From: a virus
Virus record (IMG/VR): IMGVR_UViG_3300009527_000006
Location: 1 to 64,000 of that record
DNA length: 64,000 bases
Reading direction: 5' to 3' (one strand)
In this document: one piece after another, positions 19,672 to 30,208 of the stretch
Layout: each line of letters opens with the position of its first letter
Position numbering within the stretch: position 1 is the first letter of the stretch
Translations under genes and position numbers: made by a program
Notes under the pieces: generated by a model
Databases searched by the model: none
What the model saw: the letters and a program-made list of their open reading frames with translations, nothing else
Told to the model about the DNA's origin: nothing

Positions 19672-21840
19672 ATGAGTAAAAAGAAGAAAGATGTTTATAT
19701 TAAAAACAATAAAGATTTGCCAGTAGATGTTACTGGTGAATACAATGTAGAAATGATGAGTGAGATGCAGAAATGTAAAGACGATATTTTCTATTTTGCA
19801 GAAAAATATTTTACCATTGTTCATCCAGACAGAGGCAAAGAAATCATGCAACTATATGCACCTCAAAAAAGAGCAATAGATAAGATAGTTAAAAATCGCA
19901 GAACTATTATTTGTGCTTCTCGTCAAATAGGCAAACGACTATGTTTGAATACACCTGTTCCGACTCCTGATGGATGGAGCACTATGGGAGAATTAAGAGA
20001 TGGTGATACTATATTTGATTGGAACGGAGCACCTACTAAAATAGTGAAAGCGCATGATATAGTAGAAAATACGGATGCTTATGAGATAACCTTTAGTAAT
20101 GGAGATAAAATTAAAGCGGATGCAGAACATGAATGGTTTACACAGCACAAATCTGAAACTAAGGCAAAATATTCAGGATCTGTGAAGACTACAAAGGAAA
20201 TATATGAGTCTCTGTATTATGGAATAAAAAATAAACGGCCTGCTCATAGAATCCCTCTACATAAACCAGAAAAATCTAAAAAAAGAAACAAATACGTCTA
20301 CATAAAAAATATAGAAAAAATAGACAGTGTTCCTATGAGATGCATTACTGTAGATAATGATGATCAGATGTATTTAGTAGGAAAAACATGCATACCTACG
20401 CATAATACATCACTGATGACAGTAGTGTGTTTGTGGTATACTCTTTTTAATAAAAATTACAATATTGCTATTCTGGCCAACCAAGAAAAAATGGCTCTTG
20501 AAATTCTATCTAGAATAAAAACTGCATATAAAAATCTTCCCACGTGGTTGAAATCTGGCGTCCCTGTTTGGTCACAAGGTCAAGTAACTTTCTCAAATGA
20601 AAGTAATATATTTGCATCTACTACATCAGAAAACTCTATACGTGGACAGACGACAAATCTAATATTTCTGGACGAGTTTGCATTCGTTCCCCCAGAAATT
20701 GCAGAATCGTTTTATACTGCGGTATCCCCTGCCCTCTCCGCTTCAAAAACCTCAAAAATAGTCATTGTATCTACACCAAATGGAGTCTCTAACAAGTACT
20801 ATGAAATATTCCAAAATGCTGAACGAGGTGATAAAGGTTGGGCATATGAAAAAATGTATTGGTGGGAAATACCGGATCGTGATGAAGCATGGAAAGAGGA
20901 TCAATTGAAATTATTGAATTATGACCGTGATAAATGGGATCAAGAATATGATTTAGTATTTCTAACTTCAGGGTCTACTGCATTGAATAAAAATCTAATG
21001 GATAGATTAGAAAAACAATGCTATATTCCTGATGTAACTTTTGATGACGGAGATTATCTTGTTTACGACACTCCTAAAAAAGGGCATGTATATTCTATAG
21101 GGGTAGACGTGTCTGAAGGAATAGGCCAAGACTATTCAGTTGCGCAAATACTAGACGTTACTGATCCTAAAAACATATCTCAAGTAGGAGTATATTCTAC
21201 AAACAGTTCTCTCCCTTATGTATTTGCAGAGAGGCTTTATCAAATAGCATGTTCATGGGGTAAACCCTTTTTATGCATAGAAAGAAATGGTCCGGGAGGT
21301 CAAGTAATTGATGCATTGAAAAATGTTTATGAGTATGACAATATCGTAACTGCGTCAAAGGTAAATGATTCTTCTGGAAGATATAATAATCAGCTAGGAA
21401 TTGTCAATCATCAGAACACTAAACTTGCAGGAAATAATAATATGAGATACTATCTAGAAACTAAAGAGTGTCTTGAATTATATGATGGCAAAACTGTCGC
21501 TGAATTTAGGACTTATGTAAGAAAGGCGAATCGTTCTTGGGGCGCTCTAAAAGGCAAAACTGATGACCATGTTATGGCTCTTATATGGGGAACATTTATT
21601 TTAGAAAAAACTGTTGCTGAAAAATATTTAGAAATACTTGATATTGATGAAAATGGTAGAGTGGAATCTATTAAAGATCCTATGCAATTTGAAAAAGATA
21701 CTCTTATTGAAAAAATCAAAAGTAATCCTAATTTTCGTATAAAAAATTCCAATTTTCCTACTGCGTTTGTTCAAAGAGGAAATGTTTTTTCTACAGTTGA
21801 TATTCCTACTAATAATGGAAGTATAAAATTTATACTATAA
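19672..21840 (+). CDS. gp17: Terminase large subunit (gp17) with intein
   Basis: SRQIGK|T Walker A, IFLDEFAF Walker B, STPNG, GVDVSEG and DDHVMA motifs. Confidence 0.95.
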   Translation: MSKKKKDVYIKNNKDLPVDVTGEYNVEMMSEMQKCKDDIFYFAEKYFTIVHPDRGKEIMQLYAPQKRAIDKIVKNRRTIICASRQIGKRLCLNTPVPTPDGWSTMGELRDGDTIFDWNGAPTKIVKAHDIVENTDAYEITFSNGDKIKADAEHEWFTQHKSETKAKYSGSVKTTKEIYESLYYGIKNKRPAHRIPLHKPEKSKKRNKYVYIKNIEKIDSVPMRCITVDNDDQMYLVGKTCIPTHNTSLMTVVCLWYTLFNKNYNIAILANQEKMALEILSRIKTAYKNLPTWLKSGVPVWSQGQVTFSNESNIFASTTSENSIRGQTTNLIFLDEFAFVPPEIAESFYTAVSPALSASKTSKIVIVSTPNGVSNKYYEIFQNAERGDKGWAYEKMYWWEIPDRDEAWKEDQLKLLNYDRDKWDQEYDLVFLTSGSTALNKNLMDRLEKQCYIPDVTFDDGDYLVYDTPKKGHVYSIGVDVSEGIGQDYSVAQILDVTDPKNISQVGVYSTNSSLPYVFAERLYQIACSWGKPFLCIERNGPGGQVIDALKNVYEYDNIVTASKVNDSSGRYNNQLGIVNHQNTKLAGNNNMRYYLETKECLELYDGKTVAEFRTYVRKANRSWGALKGKTDDHVMALIWGTFILEKTVAEKYLEILDIDENGRVESIKDPMQFEKDTLIEKIKSNPNFRIKNSNFPTAFVQRGNVFSTVDIPTNNGSIKFIL
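19936..20406 (+). mobile_element. 157-aa class-3 mini-intein in gp17 Walker A
   Basis: RLCLNTPVPTPDGW...ADAEHEW...MRCITVD...IPTHN followed by Thr; no endonuclease domain. Confidence 0.9.
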
Positions 21841-21869
21841 ACTTTTTGAAAATTTGCTAAATAAACAAT

Positions 21870-22625
21870 ATGGAACAAAATATTACCTTACAAAGCCTTT
21901 GCAGACAAACTGTTCTAGGCGAATATACCAAGCCTATCAATGAATCCGTAAATGATACTAAAGTTTTGGAGGAGAAGAAAAAGGCTAAAAAGGCCGCGAA
22001 GCCAGCTAAAAGATCTGCTTACTGTGATGAAGTGGATAGCTACTCAGAGTCTGTCTCTACTAAAAATGTTTTTAGTGACATTATGAAAACTCTTAAAGAA
22101 GAGTATGGTATGGGCGAAAACGATGACACATTTGCATACGATGCTGCCAGTGAAGATGAATTTGATCAGAATGAAGGTGAATCTATGGAAGGAGATACTG
22201 TCAGTGTTTCTCGCGCAGAATTACAACAAATTCAAGATATTGTAACTCGTCTATTAGGTGGAGGATTTGAAGAAGAGGGATTTGAGGACGAAAGTTTTGA
22301 AGACGAATTAAATGCAGAATCTTATGCTTTTGGATCTACTTCTAATCATATCGGTGGACAAGGTGATGATTCTAAAAAAGCATCTCCTCTTCCAGAGACT
22401 GACTTAGTTGATAGCCAAGGAAATACCCGCAGAGATAAAGCTAAAGTAGCAAATACTAAGCCAAAGAGGAAGCCTAGCAAAACAGGTGAAATTGGAAGCC
22501 AAGGAAACTACGACAGTAAGGCACGTAGCGCGTCTCCCACTAATCATGTAAAGTCTAATGGAGATGTCAATTTCGGAACCAATAAAACTGGTTACGGAAG
22601 AGGTAAGGGCGAAGACATTTACTAA
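21870..22625 (+). CDS. Hypothetical acidic/basic late protein
   Basis: 251 aa; CTAAATA upstream. Confidence 0.65.
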   Translation: MEQNITLQSLCRQTVLGEYTKPINESVNDTKVLEEKKKAKKAAKPAKRSAYCDEVDSYSESVSTKNVFSDIMKTLKEEYGMGENDDTFAYDAASEDEFDQNEGESMEGDTVSVSRAELQQIQDIVTRLLGGGFEEEGFEDESFEDELNAESYAFGSTSNHIGGQGDDSKKASPLPETDLVDSQGNTRRDKAKVANTKPKRKPSKTGEIGSQGNYDSKARSASPTNHVKSNGDVNFGTNKTGYGRGKGEDIY

Positions 22626-22642
22626 TACTATAAAATAAAGAC

Positions 22643-22676
22643 AAAACCGCATCTCTTCAGAAGAGATGCGGTTTTT
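22643..22676 (+). terminator. Intrinsic terminator
   Basis: AAAACCGCATCTCTTC-A-GAAGAGATGCGGTTTTT. Confidence 0.85.
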
Positions 22677-22693
22677 ATTTGTAAGTATAGTAA

Positions 22694-23290
22694 ATGTATT
22701 ACTTTGAAGAATTGATTGATAAAACTAAATGTTTAGGAAATACCCTATCTACAATCAACTATGATCTTTCATCATTAGATTCTAACTTATACTCTCTATC
22801 TTCTGATTATGAAGATTTTGTAATTTTCACAGAGACTAGATTTGAAGCGGTTTCATCTGAAATATCATCACTCTATGGAGAATTGACTTCTCTTTCATCT
22901 GAAGTATATGATGGATTTGCAGATTTAGAAACCCAAATAGATACATTATCTGCAAATACAGTATATTTTACCAGAAATACATTATCACATGACTTGTCTG
23001 GCAATATAGAATACGATTTCGGTCTTAATGGTCCGCATGTATATTATATTTTTACTGACGGAGATCAACGTCATTTCAATAATATATCAGACATGACTAG
23101 TATGGAAGATGGACAATTTGGCAAAATAATCATCGAACCGCAATTCGGCGGAAGCATCTCAAGCTGGGGAGGAGATTGGAAGTTCTCTAATGATGCCTCT
23201 GCGTTCAGTCATCCTACTGGAGGAATGGATATTGTAGATTTCTATAAACAGGGAGCATACTTATATGCTAGTGTCAAAAGATTCTTCTAG
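22694..23290 (+). CDS. Putative fibre/structural protein
   Basis: Coiled-coil N-terminus; C-terminal SWGGDWKF..PT..DIVDFY domain. Confidence 0.5.
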   Translation: MYYFEELIDKTKCLGNTLSTINYDLSSLDSNLYSLSSDYEDFVIFTETRFEAVSSEISSLYGELTSLSSEVYDGFADLETQIDTLSANTVYFTRNTLSHDLSGNIEYDFGLNGPHVYYIFTDGDQRHFNNISDMTSMEDGQFGKIIIEPQFGGSISSWGGDWKFSNDASAFSHPTGGMDIVDFYKQGAYLYASVKRFF

Positions 23291-23617
23291 GATTTCTTCA
23301 AAAGGCTCGTCCTTCATTTTATTGACATATTGACTTGCAATTTTCATTGCAAAAATTACCAATTCGTCTTTAGTGACTTGTGATGGTAATTTATTACCGG
23401 GAAATTTCGTATATGCAATAGTTGTGAGAACACCGCTATTAGAATCGTAGCTGGATAAAACTATTAAACTTTCGTTGTCAAAAGTTTCTTCCATTTCAGC
23501 CTTTAAACAAGTAATTTTCTCTCTAAAAAAATCAACATAAATTCTATAATAATTTTGTTTACTGTCTTTCTTAGAAAAGAAAAATCCTGTTATTTTAGGT
23601 ATTTCCATAAGCGTCAT
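23261..23617 (-). CDS. Hypothetical protein
   Basis: 118 aa ORF coupled to the upstream gene. Confidence 0.6.
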   Translation of the reverse strand: MTLMEIPKITGFFFSKKDSKQNYYRIYVDFFREKITCLKAEMEETFDNESLIVLSSYDSNSGVLTTIAYTKFPGNKLPSQVTKDELVIFAMKIASQYVNKMKDEPFEEILEESFDTSI

Positions 23618-23964
23618 TCAAATTGAATTTCTAATATTTTATTGTAAAAGATGCTTTTGTTTTCCTGTAATTCATCTGCTGCTTGTGCCAGCTCTATCAG
23701 AGAATTCTTATTAGTCCATGTGGATATACGATAGTCTAGGTATATCAATCCTTCATCTTCATAATCTTCTATATCGTATGGATAAGGTATTCGATAAGTG
23801 ATAAGTTTATCTTTTTTCTGCAAAGTAAATTCATAAAAATATGTATTAGTATTTTCACAATCTTTATACAAAATAAATTTACCGTTTTTAACTAAAATAC
23901 CATCAATATAAAATTTTACATCTTTTTGAAAATATTTTTTAAGAATCGTGCCCAATTTAGTCAT
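23614..23964 (-). CDS. Hypothetical protein
   Basis: 116 aa ORF; CTAAATA upstream. Confidence 0.65.
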   Translation of the reverse strand: MTKLGTILKKYFQKDVKFYIDGILVKNGKFILYKDCENTNTYFYEFTLQKKDKLITYRIPYPYDIEDYEDEGLIYLDYRISTWTNKNSLIELAQAADELQENKSIFYNKILEIQFE

Positions 23965-23998
23965 CTGTATTATTATTTAGAAATTACAAAAAGACAAT

Positions 23999-24589
23999 CT
24001 ATGTTTTTTTTCTGTTTAAGAAAGATTTTGCTCTATTGGCAAAATCTGAAACAGATTTATTAATACGATTAATAATAGTTTTTGGATATTTTGTAATAGC
24101 ACTCATTACATTTTTCCAACGATTTATCGCTGTAGGAGAGCTAGGAATATTGTTGTTTGCAGGTCCACTGGAAGTAGAAGATGCTTGTTGCTCCATGGTA
24201 ATATAACCCATAAATGCTAATCTTTTTTCTTGTGATAGGTTTATAATATAATCATAGAAATACTTCTGAAAAGCCTCTCGTTCTTCTGGAGTAGAAACTG
24301 GCCATTTTCGGTGCCATGTTATCATTTCACTACCAAAAACTCGGTATTCTTGTCTAAAGATGTCCCAAACTACACATAATCCTTTTGATTTGTAATCATA
24401 TCCCATACCATCACCAGTAGGAGGCATAAATCGTAAAACCTGAAAACCAAATTCGCTATTTAGCAGTTCAAAATTAGTGGTGCCGAATAATCCTCTTATA
24501 TCAGACCACCCTAATTTAGGATGTCTTCTAGTAAATTCTAATTCAACTACATGCGTCCCTAGAATTTGCTGCAAAGAATGGTTATTCAT
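23999..24589 (-). CDS. DUF2693/WYL-like SH3-fold protein
   Basis: VVELEFTRR..IR..GTTN..VVWDIFRQEYRVF. Confidence 0.5.
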   Translation of the reverse strand: MNNHSLQQILGTHVVELEFTRRHPKLGWSDIRGLFGTTNFELLNSEFGFQVLRFMPPTGDGMGYDYKSKGLCVVWDIFRQEYRVFGSEMITWHRKWPVSTPEEREAFQKYFYDYIINLSQEKRLAFMGYITMEQQASSTSSGPANNNIPSSPTAINRWKNVMSAITKYPKTIINRINKSVSDFANRAKSFLNRKKT

Positions 24590-24602
24590 TTACCGTATTT
24601 AT

Positions 24603-24980
24603 TCAATTTTCAAAATATAGAAAATAAATATTGTTATCTATTTCTAACCATTCTTCCATTTCAGAGACACTTTTTTTGAGCAAATTGGCTAGTTTTTGTG
24701 CATGATTGACAGTTTTTACTGCGGGTTCTTTATCCTTTTTAATCCATTTATGATAGCCTTTAGATTTAGGAACCACCATTTTTACAAAATCTAAAAACAT
24801 CTGAGAATCCATTCCTCGATAAAAAATATTAGAGGTTTCTGCTAAAAATTCTGCATTTTGTTCATCTACCATTGATACTCCTTTTTGAAGAAGAAAGGCA
24901 CTAAATTGGTCATCTGGCTTAATGAGATAAGGACGTTTATTACTACAAGCTTCTTTAACAAAATCTACTGGATTTTTCAT
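24603..24980 (-). CDS. gp62: Clamp loader small subunit (gp62-like)
   Basis: NPVDFV, FSAFLLQKGVS and VPKSKGYHKWIKK motifs. Confidence 0.75.
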   Translation of the reverse strand: MKNPVDFVKEACSNKRPYLIKPDDQFSAFLLQKGVSMVDEQNAEFLAETSNIFYRGMDSQMFLDFVKMVVPKSKGYHKWIKKDKEPAVKTVNHAQKLANLLKKSVSEMEEWLEIDNNIYFLYFEN

Positions 24981-25663
24981 TGTCTAGGCAATACTTTGTA
25001 TTTGAAAATTTTATCGCTTTGCTGCCAGCTAGGAGTTTCAAATTCTCCGAGCCCATGGTGAACTACTAAAATAGGCCATACTCCTATTTTAAGACCGATT
25101 TTATTTGCATCATAGCATGTCTTCAGATCGTAATGATGAAACTTAAAGTCTTTATCAAACATAAATTGTTTCTCTCTGCATTTAGATACATTGAAAGCCA
25201 TAAAAAGCCCATCAATGACTGCAACGGCACTAGGACTTTTACCGAATGAAGAACAAGTTACTGCTGGTCCAGAATTATTCATATTTTCAAAATAATGAGC
25301 AACAAATCCTCTTAAATTTTCTCTATCAGTAGAACGATGCCAAAGAGAGGGTTTTTCATTGTTATAGGTCTGTTTTGTTGCCCCGGCTAATCCGACAATA
25401 TCAAAATATTGCATAGCCTTCAAAAGTTTTTGCTTCAATCTAATATCATACAATTCTACATCATCATGAATAAAAACAAGAATATCTGAGGTGGTTTTAT
25501 TCATTTGTTCTTGCATAATTTCACAAAGTCCCCTTGAGTTATTTGCCACTACAGTCAGTAGTATATCACTATGTTCACATACTTCTTTCATAAGACTTCC
25601 GAAATTTCCTTGGAGATAGTCACTTTCAGTCTTTATAGTAGGGACAACGATTTCAATTTGCAT
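24977..25663 (-). CDS. Glycosyltransferase (GT2-like)
   Basis: VFIHDDV, IVGLAG, VIDGLFM and FHHYD motifs. Confidence 0.8.
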   Translation of the reverse strand: MQIEIVVPTIKTESDYLQGNFGSLMKEVCEHSDILLTVVANNSRGLCEIMQEQMNKTTSDILVFIHDDVELYDIRLKQKLLKAMQYFDIVGLAGATKQTYNNEKPSLWHRSTDRENLRGFVAHYFENMNNSGPAVTCSSFGKSPSAVAVIDGLFMAFNVSKCREKQFMFDKDFKFHHYDLKTCYDANKIGLKIGVWPILVVHHGLGEFETPSWQQSDKIFKYKVLPRQ

Positions 25664-25668
25664 CTTTT

Positions 25669-25697
25669 ATATTAACATAATAGAAACTCCCAGTCAA
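25669..25697 (-). promoter_or_regulatory. Sigma70-like promoter
   Basis: TTGACT-17-TAATAT with extended TG, 5 nt before ATG. Confidence 0.6.
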
Positions 25698-25717
25698 GTT
25701 TAATAAATAAGTAAATA

Positions 25718-26248
25718 ATGAAAAAAAATTCTTTCAATAAATTATGGGAAAGCGTTCTGCTAGAAAATCCATATCTTCCCGGACCAGACGGAAAAGGGAC
25801 AGAACAAGGTGTATCAGATTTCGCTGACCCAGATACTGACCCTAATGATTTTTATATAAAAGGTATAAATGATAATAAAAGTAAAATTGTTTCTGGGTTT
25901 ATGCGTAAAATTCAATCATTTGCAGAAAATTTAGATACCGAATCTCTAAACCAAATGACTTTCGGCCAAATCAAAAAAACAGTAACTGAAATTCATAACG
26001 AGATTGAGAAAGTTAATACTTTTGCTAAAGCAAAAATTGATCAGCTAAATAATGATCCTGCTGCTATTATTGCAATGACTATTGCAACTGATGCTGTTAA
26101 AAAGAGCGCATTTGATACGCTCTTCAAAACTATCTCAAATTTCAATAGCCAAATTGAAGACCTTGAAGGAGAATTCTCAACACTCAAGTCTAAAGTAGAT
26201 AATTTTACTAAAAGTGAAACTAAAACAGTAGAATCACAGCCGCAATAA
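25718..26248 (+). CDS. Hypothetical late protein
   Basis: 176 aa; ATAAATA/TAAGTA upstream. Confidence 0.65.
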   Translation: MKKNSFNKLWESVLLENPYLPGPDGKGTEQGVSDFADPDTDPNDFYIKGINDNKSKIVSGFMRKIQSFAENLDTESLNQMTFGQIKKTVTEIHNEIEKVNTFAKAKIDQLNNDPAAIIAMTIATDAVKKSAFDTLFKTISNFNSQIEDLEGEFSTLKSKVDNFTKSETKTVESQPQ

Positions 26249-27229
26249 TCCTTTGCCTTTAGTATAAACATGTTTCAGAACAGAATCTGGGTCTATATGA
26301 TCCAGATTCTTTTTTACACAATAATCATTGAAATCTTTATATTCAGAATATTCATTTTCCCATATAAAAACATCTTCCCCAGCTTTTAAGGTTTCTACTA
26401 TTTTTTTCTTAACATGATCGGATTCTTTTTTATAATTATCAAAAACCCACACTTTTTTATGAAAAGGGTGCTTCGCTTGAAGTTTATCAAATTGATAATC
26501 AGTAAAATTCAATCCTCCTATAGCAATAGAATTTTTAAGAAACATGGCATCTATTTCTCCTTCTAAAATAAAAACATATGGAAGAGAAATGTCTAATTTA
26601 TTAAGATTGAATATTTCTCTTTCCGCATTAAATTTTGCTAGATATTTAGGTCTATCATCCTTTGGTAAAAATGTTCTACTTGTATAAAATATTATTTTAT
26701 TTTTGTCATCTGTATATGGTATCAACAATCTGTTACTATGGTAACGATCATTTACACAATAGTAAAGGCTATTGGGTGAGTATGTAGCGGTGTCTATTTT
26801 TCTATTTTTAATATATGATGCCAATCTAATTAAGTTTCGGTCTTCACTATAATAGGATAATTGCGTCTCATTTGATAAATTGACCGTCTCTCCGGGTAGA
26901 TCTGGAACAGTCGGGACAAATTTTTCACAGTCAGCAGTTAAATCTAAAAATGTCTGAGTAGTATATCCATTATTATGAATGTCCTCTAGTATTTCATTAT
27001 ATGTTAAACCACAAACCTGTTTTATCCAAAAATAAGGTGTCCAAGATCTAGAACAATTATGACAATAAAAATAATCTTCTTTCAATAAATAGAACATTCT
27101 CTTTTTCTTCCCCCACGAATTTCCTTCTCGACATACCGGACAGCATCCATTAATACTATCACGATTAATAGTAACATTACACGAATAGGTGAAAATCTTG
27201 CTTTCGATATATTTTTGAGGAATATCCAT
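26234..27229 (-). CDS. gp61: DNA primase (gp61)
   Basis: CPVC...CHNC zinc finger; LEGEIDAMF; VFDN; KDFND. Confidence 0.92.
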   Translation of the reverse strand: MDIPQKYIESKIFTYSCNVTINRDSINGCCPVCREGNSWGKKKRMFYLLKEDYFYCHNCSRSWTPYFWIKQVCGLTYNEILEDIHNNGYTTQTFLDLTADCEKFVPTVPDLPGETVNLSNETQLSYYSEDRNLIRLASYIKNRKIDTATYSPNSLYYCVNDRYHSNRLLIPYTDDKNKIIFYTSRTFLPKDDRPKYLAKFNAEREIFNLNKLDISLPYVFILEGEIDAMFLKNSIAIGGLNFTDYQFDKLQAKHPFHKKVWVFDNYKKESDHVKKKIVETLKAGEDVFIWENEYSEYKDFNDYCVKKNLDHIDPDSVLKHVYTKGKGLLRL

Positions 27230-27244
27230 TCAATAAATAAGAAT

Positions 27245-27637
27245 ATGACAGAAAAGTTTGATAGGCTTATACTAGAAATACTAGAACAAAGACGTAAATC
27301 TAAATCAAGATACGACAACAAAAGCGGTCTTTCAAGTGATCCTAGAAATTTTCGCGGAATGAGTCAATTTTCTCCAAGCCAAAGAACAAAATTAGGAAAT
27401 ACCCAGTATATAGGAAATACAATTCAGCCAAGAACCAATACTTCTAAAAAAAGTTCTGATGAAATTCATATCGCTAGAGGAATAGGTAGTTATGTAAATC
27501 TTGACCAAGATTCTAATAGAGCAGAGGGATCTAAAATAAATTCTAAACAAAATACAGAAATACAAAGAAATTTCGGAAATGGGAGATATAGAATAGGACC
27601 GAAAAACAAATATAAAATAGAACGAGATGAGCATTAG
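27245..27637 (+). CDS. Basic hypothetical late protein
   Basis: Likely start 27245 after ATAAATA. Confidence 0.55.
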   Translation: MTEKFDRLILEILEQRRKSKSRYDNKSGLSSDPRNFRGMSQFSPSQRTKLGNTQYIGNTIQPRTNTSKKSSDEIHIARGIGSYVNLDQDSNRAEGSKINSKQNTEIQRNFGNGRYRIGPKNKYKIERDEH

Positions 27638-28385
27638 TATTAACATTCCTACAAATTGCGGAAATATTGGCCAGAAATTCTTTTCTAGACCAGAAATACC
27701 ATCATGCCCTGCTGACATTACTCACGGTCATATTCCATTTGTTCATCGTTTATTTTGTGAATGGTCATATACTCCACTGTTAGATTTCTCTTGGGTAATT
27801 GTTATAGAGGCACATAATAAAGATTATCTTCTTGGGAGGCTTAATTCTTCTATGAAAAAATTAGAAGGGTCAGAATGGGGAATAGGAAGAATAGTAACTG
27901 ATACTTGGACCGAACAAACGCAAGAAACTGTTGGTTGCATATTTGCACAAGCTGTAGAAATACCCGGAGAAAAAGCGGACATAGATTATGCCGGAATTTC
28001 TACAGGAGGTAAAAGAGGATTTATTAATGCACCATTTTCAAAGGGAAGACAGAATTTTTCTAACTTACAAATAATGTTTTTAGATACTAATCAATCCTTT
28101 ACTGATGGTGTTTTGCGTCCATGGACAATATTAGCAATGCATGAAGGTCTATTAGCTAGACCGAAAGATAAATCTATTAAGGCTGATATTCATGTATATC
28201 AATTAGCAAAAGCAGGAACCACTACTCCAAATGTAATTACTAAATCGTGGACTTATAGAAATTGTGTTCCTGTTGAAATATCCAAAGATGATCTTAAATA
28301 TGATGGAACCTCTATAATAAAAAGACAGGCATATTTTACCTATACAACATATGACCTTAACCAAGAGCCTCAATCATCTTGTTAA
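27627..28385 (+). CDS. Tail tube-family protein (gp19/gp54-like)
   Basis: LQIMFLDTN..LRPW; WTYRNCVPVEI..L.Y. Confidence 0.6.
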   Translation: MSISINIPTNCGNIGQKFFSRPEIPSCPADITHGHIPFVHRLFCEWSYTPLLDFSWVIVIEAHNKDYLLGRLNSSMKKLEGSEWGIGRIVTDTWTEQTQETVGCIFAQAVEIPGEKADIDYAGISTGGKRGFINAPFSKGRQNFSNLQIMFLDTNQSFTDGVLRPWTILAMHEGLLARPKDKSIKADIHVYQLAKAGTTTPNVITKSWTYRNCVPVEISKDDLKYDGTSIIKRQAYFTYTTYDLNQEPQSSC

Positions 28386-29332
28386 TGAAAAAAAGTAACT
28401 ACCCTATATGGATACCTTCTCTTCAAAAAGAACTCTATTTTAAAGAAGTAGATAGCGACCAACATAGACGCATTCTTAAAATAATAAATGATCTTAGAGA
28501 CAACGAATTTTCAGACTTATTAAACGAAATAATAAAAGAAAATATAGAAGATGATAAATTCTATAAAAATTTGACAGTACTAGACCGATTTATCATAATT
28601 TTATATTCTAGAATGTATAGCTTTGGAGATAAGATACGATTAGAAAAGACTTGTCAGAAATGTGGCGGAAAGCATGTCATTCAAATAGAACTTCCTAAAA
28701 TAATAGATTCTCTTACACCATACATAGATCGTAAATTCAATAAAACCTTGTATATAGACGATTGTTATACTATAGAAGCAGACCTTCCTAATATACGTCA
28801 TTCAGATACAATTAAGAAAGGTTTTTCTAACATATCCCAACATATAGACGTTAACCAAAATAGATTTTACAGCTCATTTATCAAAAATATAAAAATTCAT
28901 GATAAAATTTTTGAATCACTATCATTAAGATTGGATGAAATGACAGAAGTGATGAACTGCTTACCATCTGCTGTAGCGGATAATTTATATAAAAATTTTA
29001 TAAAAGATATTACAAATTTATTTTCAGAATTGGTTATTGTTGATGCTGCATGTCCTACTACATCATGTGCCGAAAAATATCAAGTATCTATGAGATTGGA
29101 CGATCTTAATACTGTATGTAGAATACTTTTTTCGGACGATAATCTAGAAACCTTTTTCATGAATATCTACAACCTATCATCAGCAGCTCACATACCACCA
29201 AATTTTCTACTAAATCTATCTCCATTAGAAGTCAGTATGTTTACTAATTTTCTGAGACAGGAAAATAAACAAAGACATAAGAATGCCGGACATGATAAGA
29301 ATTTATTTGAAGGTCCGTCAGAATTTTCTTAA
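28385..29332 (+). CDS. Baseplate hub assembly protein (gp26-like)
   Basis: IPSLQKELYFK; LTVLDRFIIILYSR..G; CQKC. Confidence 0.65.
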   Translation: MKKSNYPIWIPSLQKELYFKEVDSDQHRRILKIINDLRDNEFSDLLNEIIKENIEDDKFYKNLTVLDRFIIILYSRMYSFGDKIRLEKTCQKCGGKHVIQIELPKIIDSLTPYIDRKFNKTLYIDDCYTIEADLPNIRHSDTIKKGFSNISQHIDVNQNRFYSSFIKNIKIHDKIFESLSLRLDEMTEVMNCLPSAVADNLYKNFIKDITNLFSELVIVDAACPTTSCAEKYQVSMRLDDLNTVCRILFSDDNLETFFMNIYNLSSAAHIPPNFLLNLSPLEVSMFTNFLRQENKQRHKNAGHDKNLFEGPSEFS

Positions 29333-29341
29333 ATATCACAA

Positions 29342-30157
29342 ATGGACGAACCTATTACTAATATAAATGAAGTATTGAATTTAATTCATATAGCTAATAA
29401 AAAGCTAGAGCAAGAATTTACAGTTCCTAGCACCGGGGAAAAAATATTACTGAAACCATTAACTGCTCTTCACACCAAAGATATTACAAAAAGTTCGGTA
29501 GATGGGAATTTTATTCAAAATCAATTTAATATAGAATTTTTCAAAATACTGCACAATATAATCGTAGGAGATAAAGAAGTAGTGCATAGAATTAATACTG
29601 TCGATAAGATTGCTTTGATCTTATTTTTGCGTATGCATAATATCAGTAAAAGAATAAAGGTAAGTTATAGTTCAGACAATTCTGACGAAAATCAAGAAAC
29701 TTTTGAAATGGATATTGAGAAAATTCTTTCAAAATTCTATAAAAATAAAAAAGAGTTCAAATCAATACTAACCAATGATGATTATTCTATAGTATTAGAT
29801 TTGCCTACAGTATCCGAAGAATATATTTTTGATACTAGCTTACACGCTAACCATATTAGTAAATTTGATCGAAACAAGCAGGATAATGCAAAAAATATGA
29901 TAGGAACATTATTTTTATACACATTAGCGTCTTATATCAAAGAATTACTTCTTCCCACTTCGCATGTTCCTCTTAAACAGATGTCGGTCGATTCTCGTAT
30001 CAAAATAGTGGAGAATTTGAGTGCAGATAAAATAACTAAAGTATTAGAAACTATTGATAAAGATTATGGAGAGAGAATTTCTGAATTATTAACTGTTGAA
30101 ACAAAGAATAAAAAAGGAAAAATAGAAATAACTCCTTTACTACTTCTTGCAAGTTAA
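29342..30157 (+). CDS. Second gp26-like baseplate protein
   Basis: VPSTGEKILLKPLT; INTVDKIALILFLR. Confidence 0.6.
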   Translation: MDEPITNINEVLNLIHIANKKLEQEFTVPSTGEKILLKPLTALHTKDITKSSVDGNFIQNQFNIEFFKILHNIIVGDKEVVHRINTVDKIALILFLRMHNISKRIKVSYSSDNSDENQETFEMDIEKILSKFYKNKKEFKSILTNDDYSIVLDLPTVSEEYIFDTSLHANHISKFDRNKQDNAKNMIGTLFLYTLASYIKELLLPTSHVPLKQMSVDSRIKIVENLSADKITKVLETIDKDYGERISELLTVETKNKKGKIEITPLLLLAS

Positions 30158-30167
30158 TTTGAAACAT

Positions 30168-30197
30168 AAAAAACCCGGATAATTATCCGGGTTTTTT
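30168..30197. terminator. Bidirectional terminator
   Basis: AAAAAACCCGGATAATTATCCGGGTTTTTT palindrome. Confidence 0.85.
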
Positions 30198-30208
30198 ATA
30201 AAACATTG

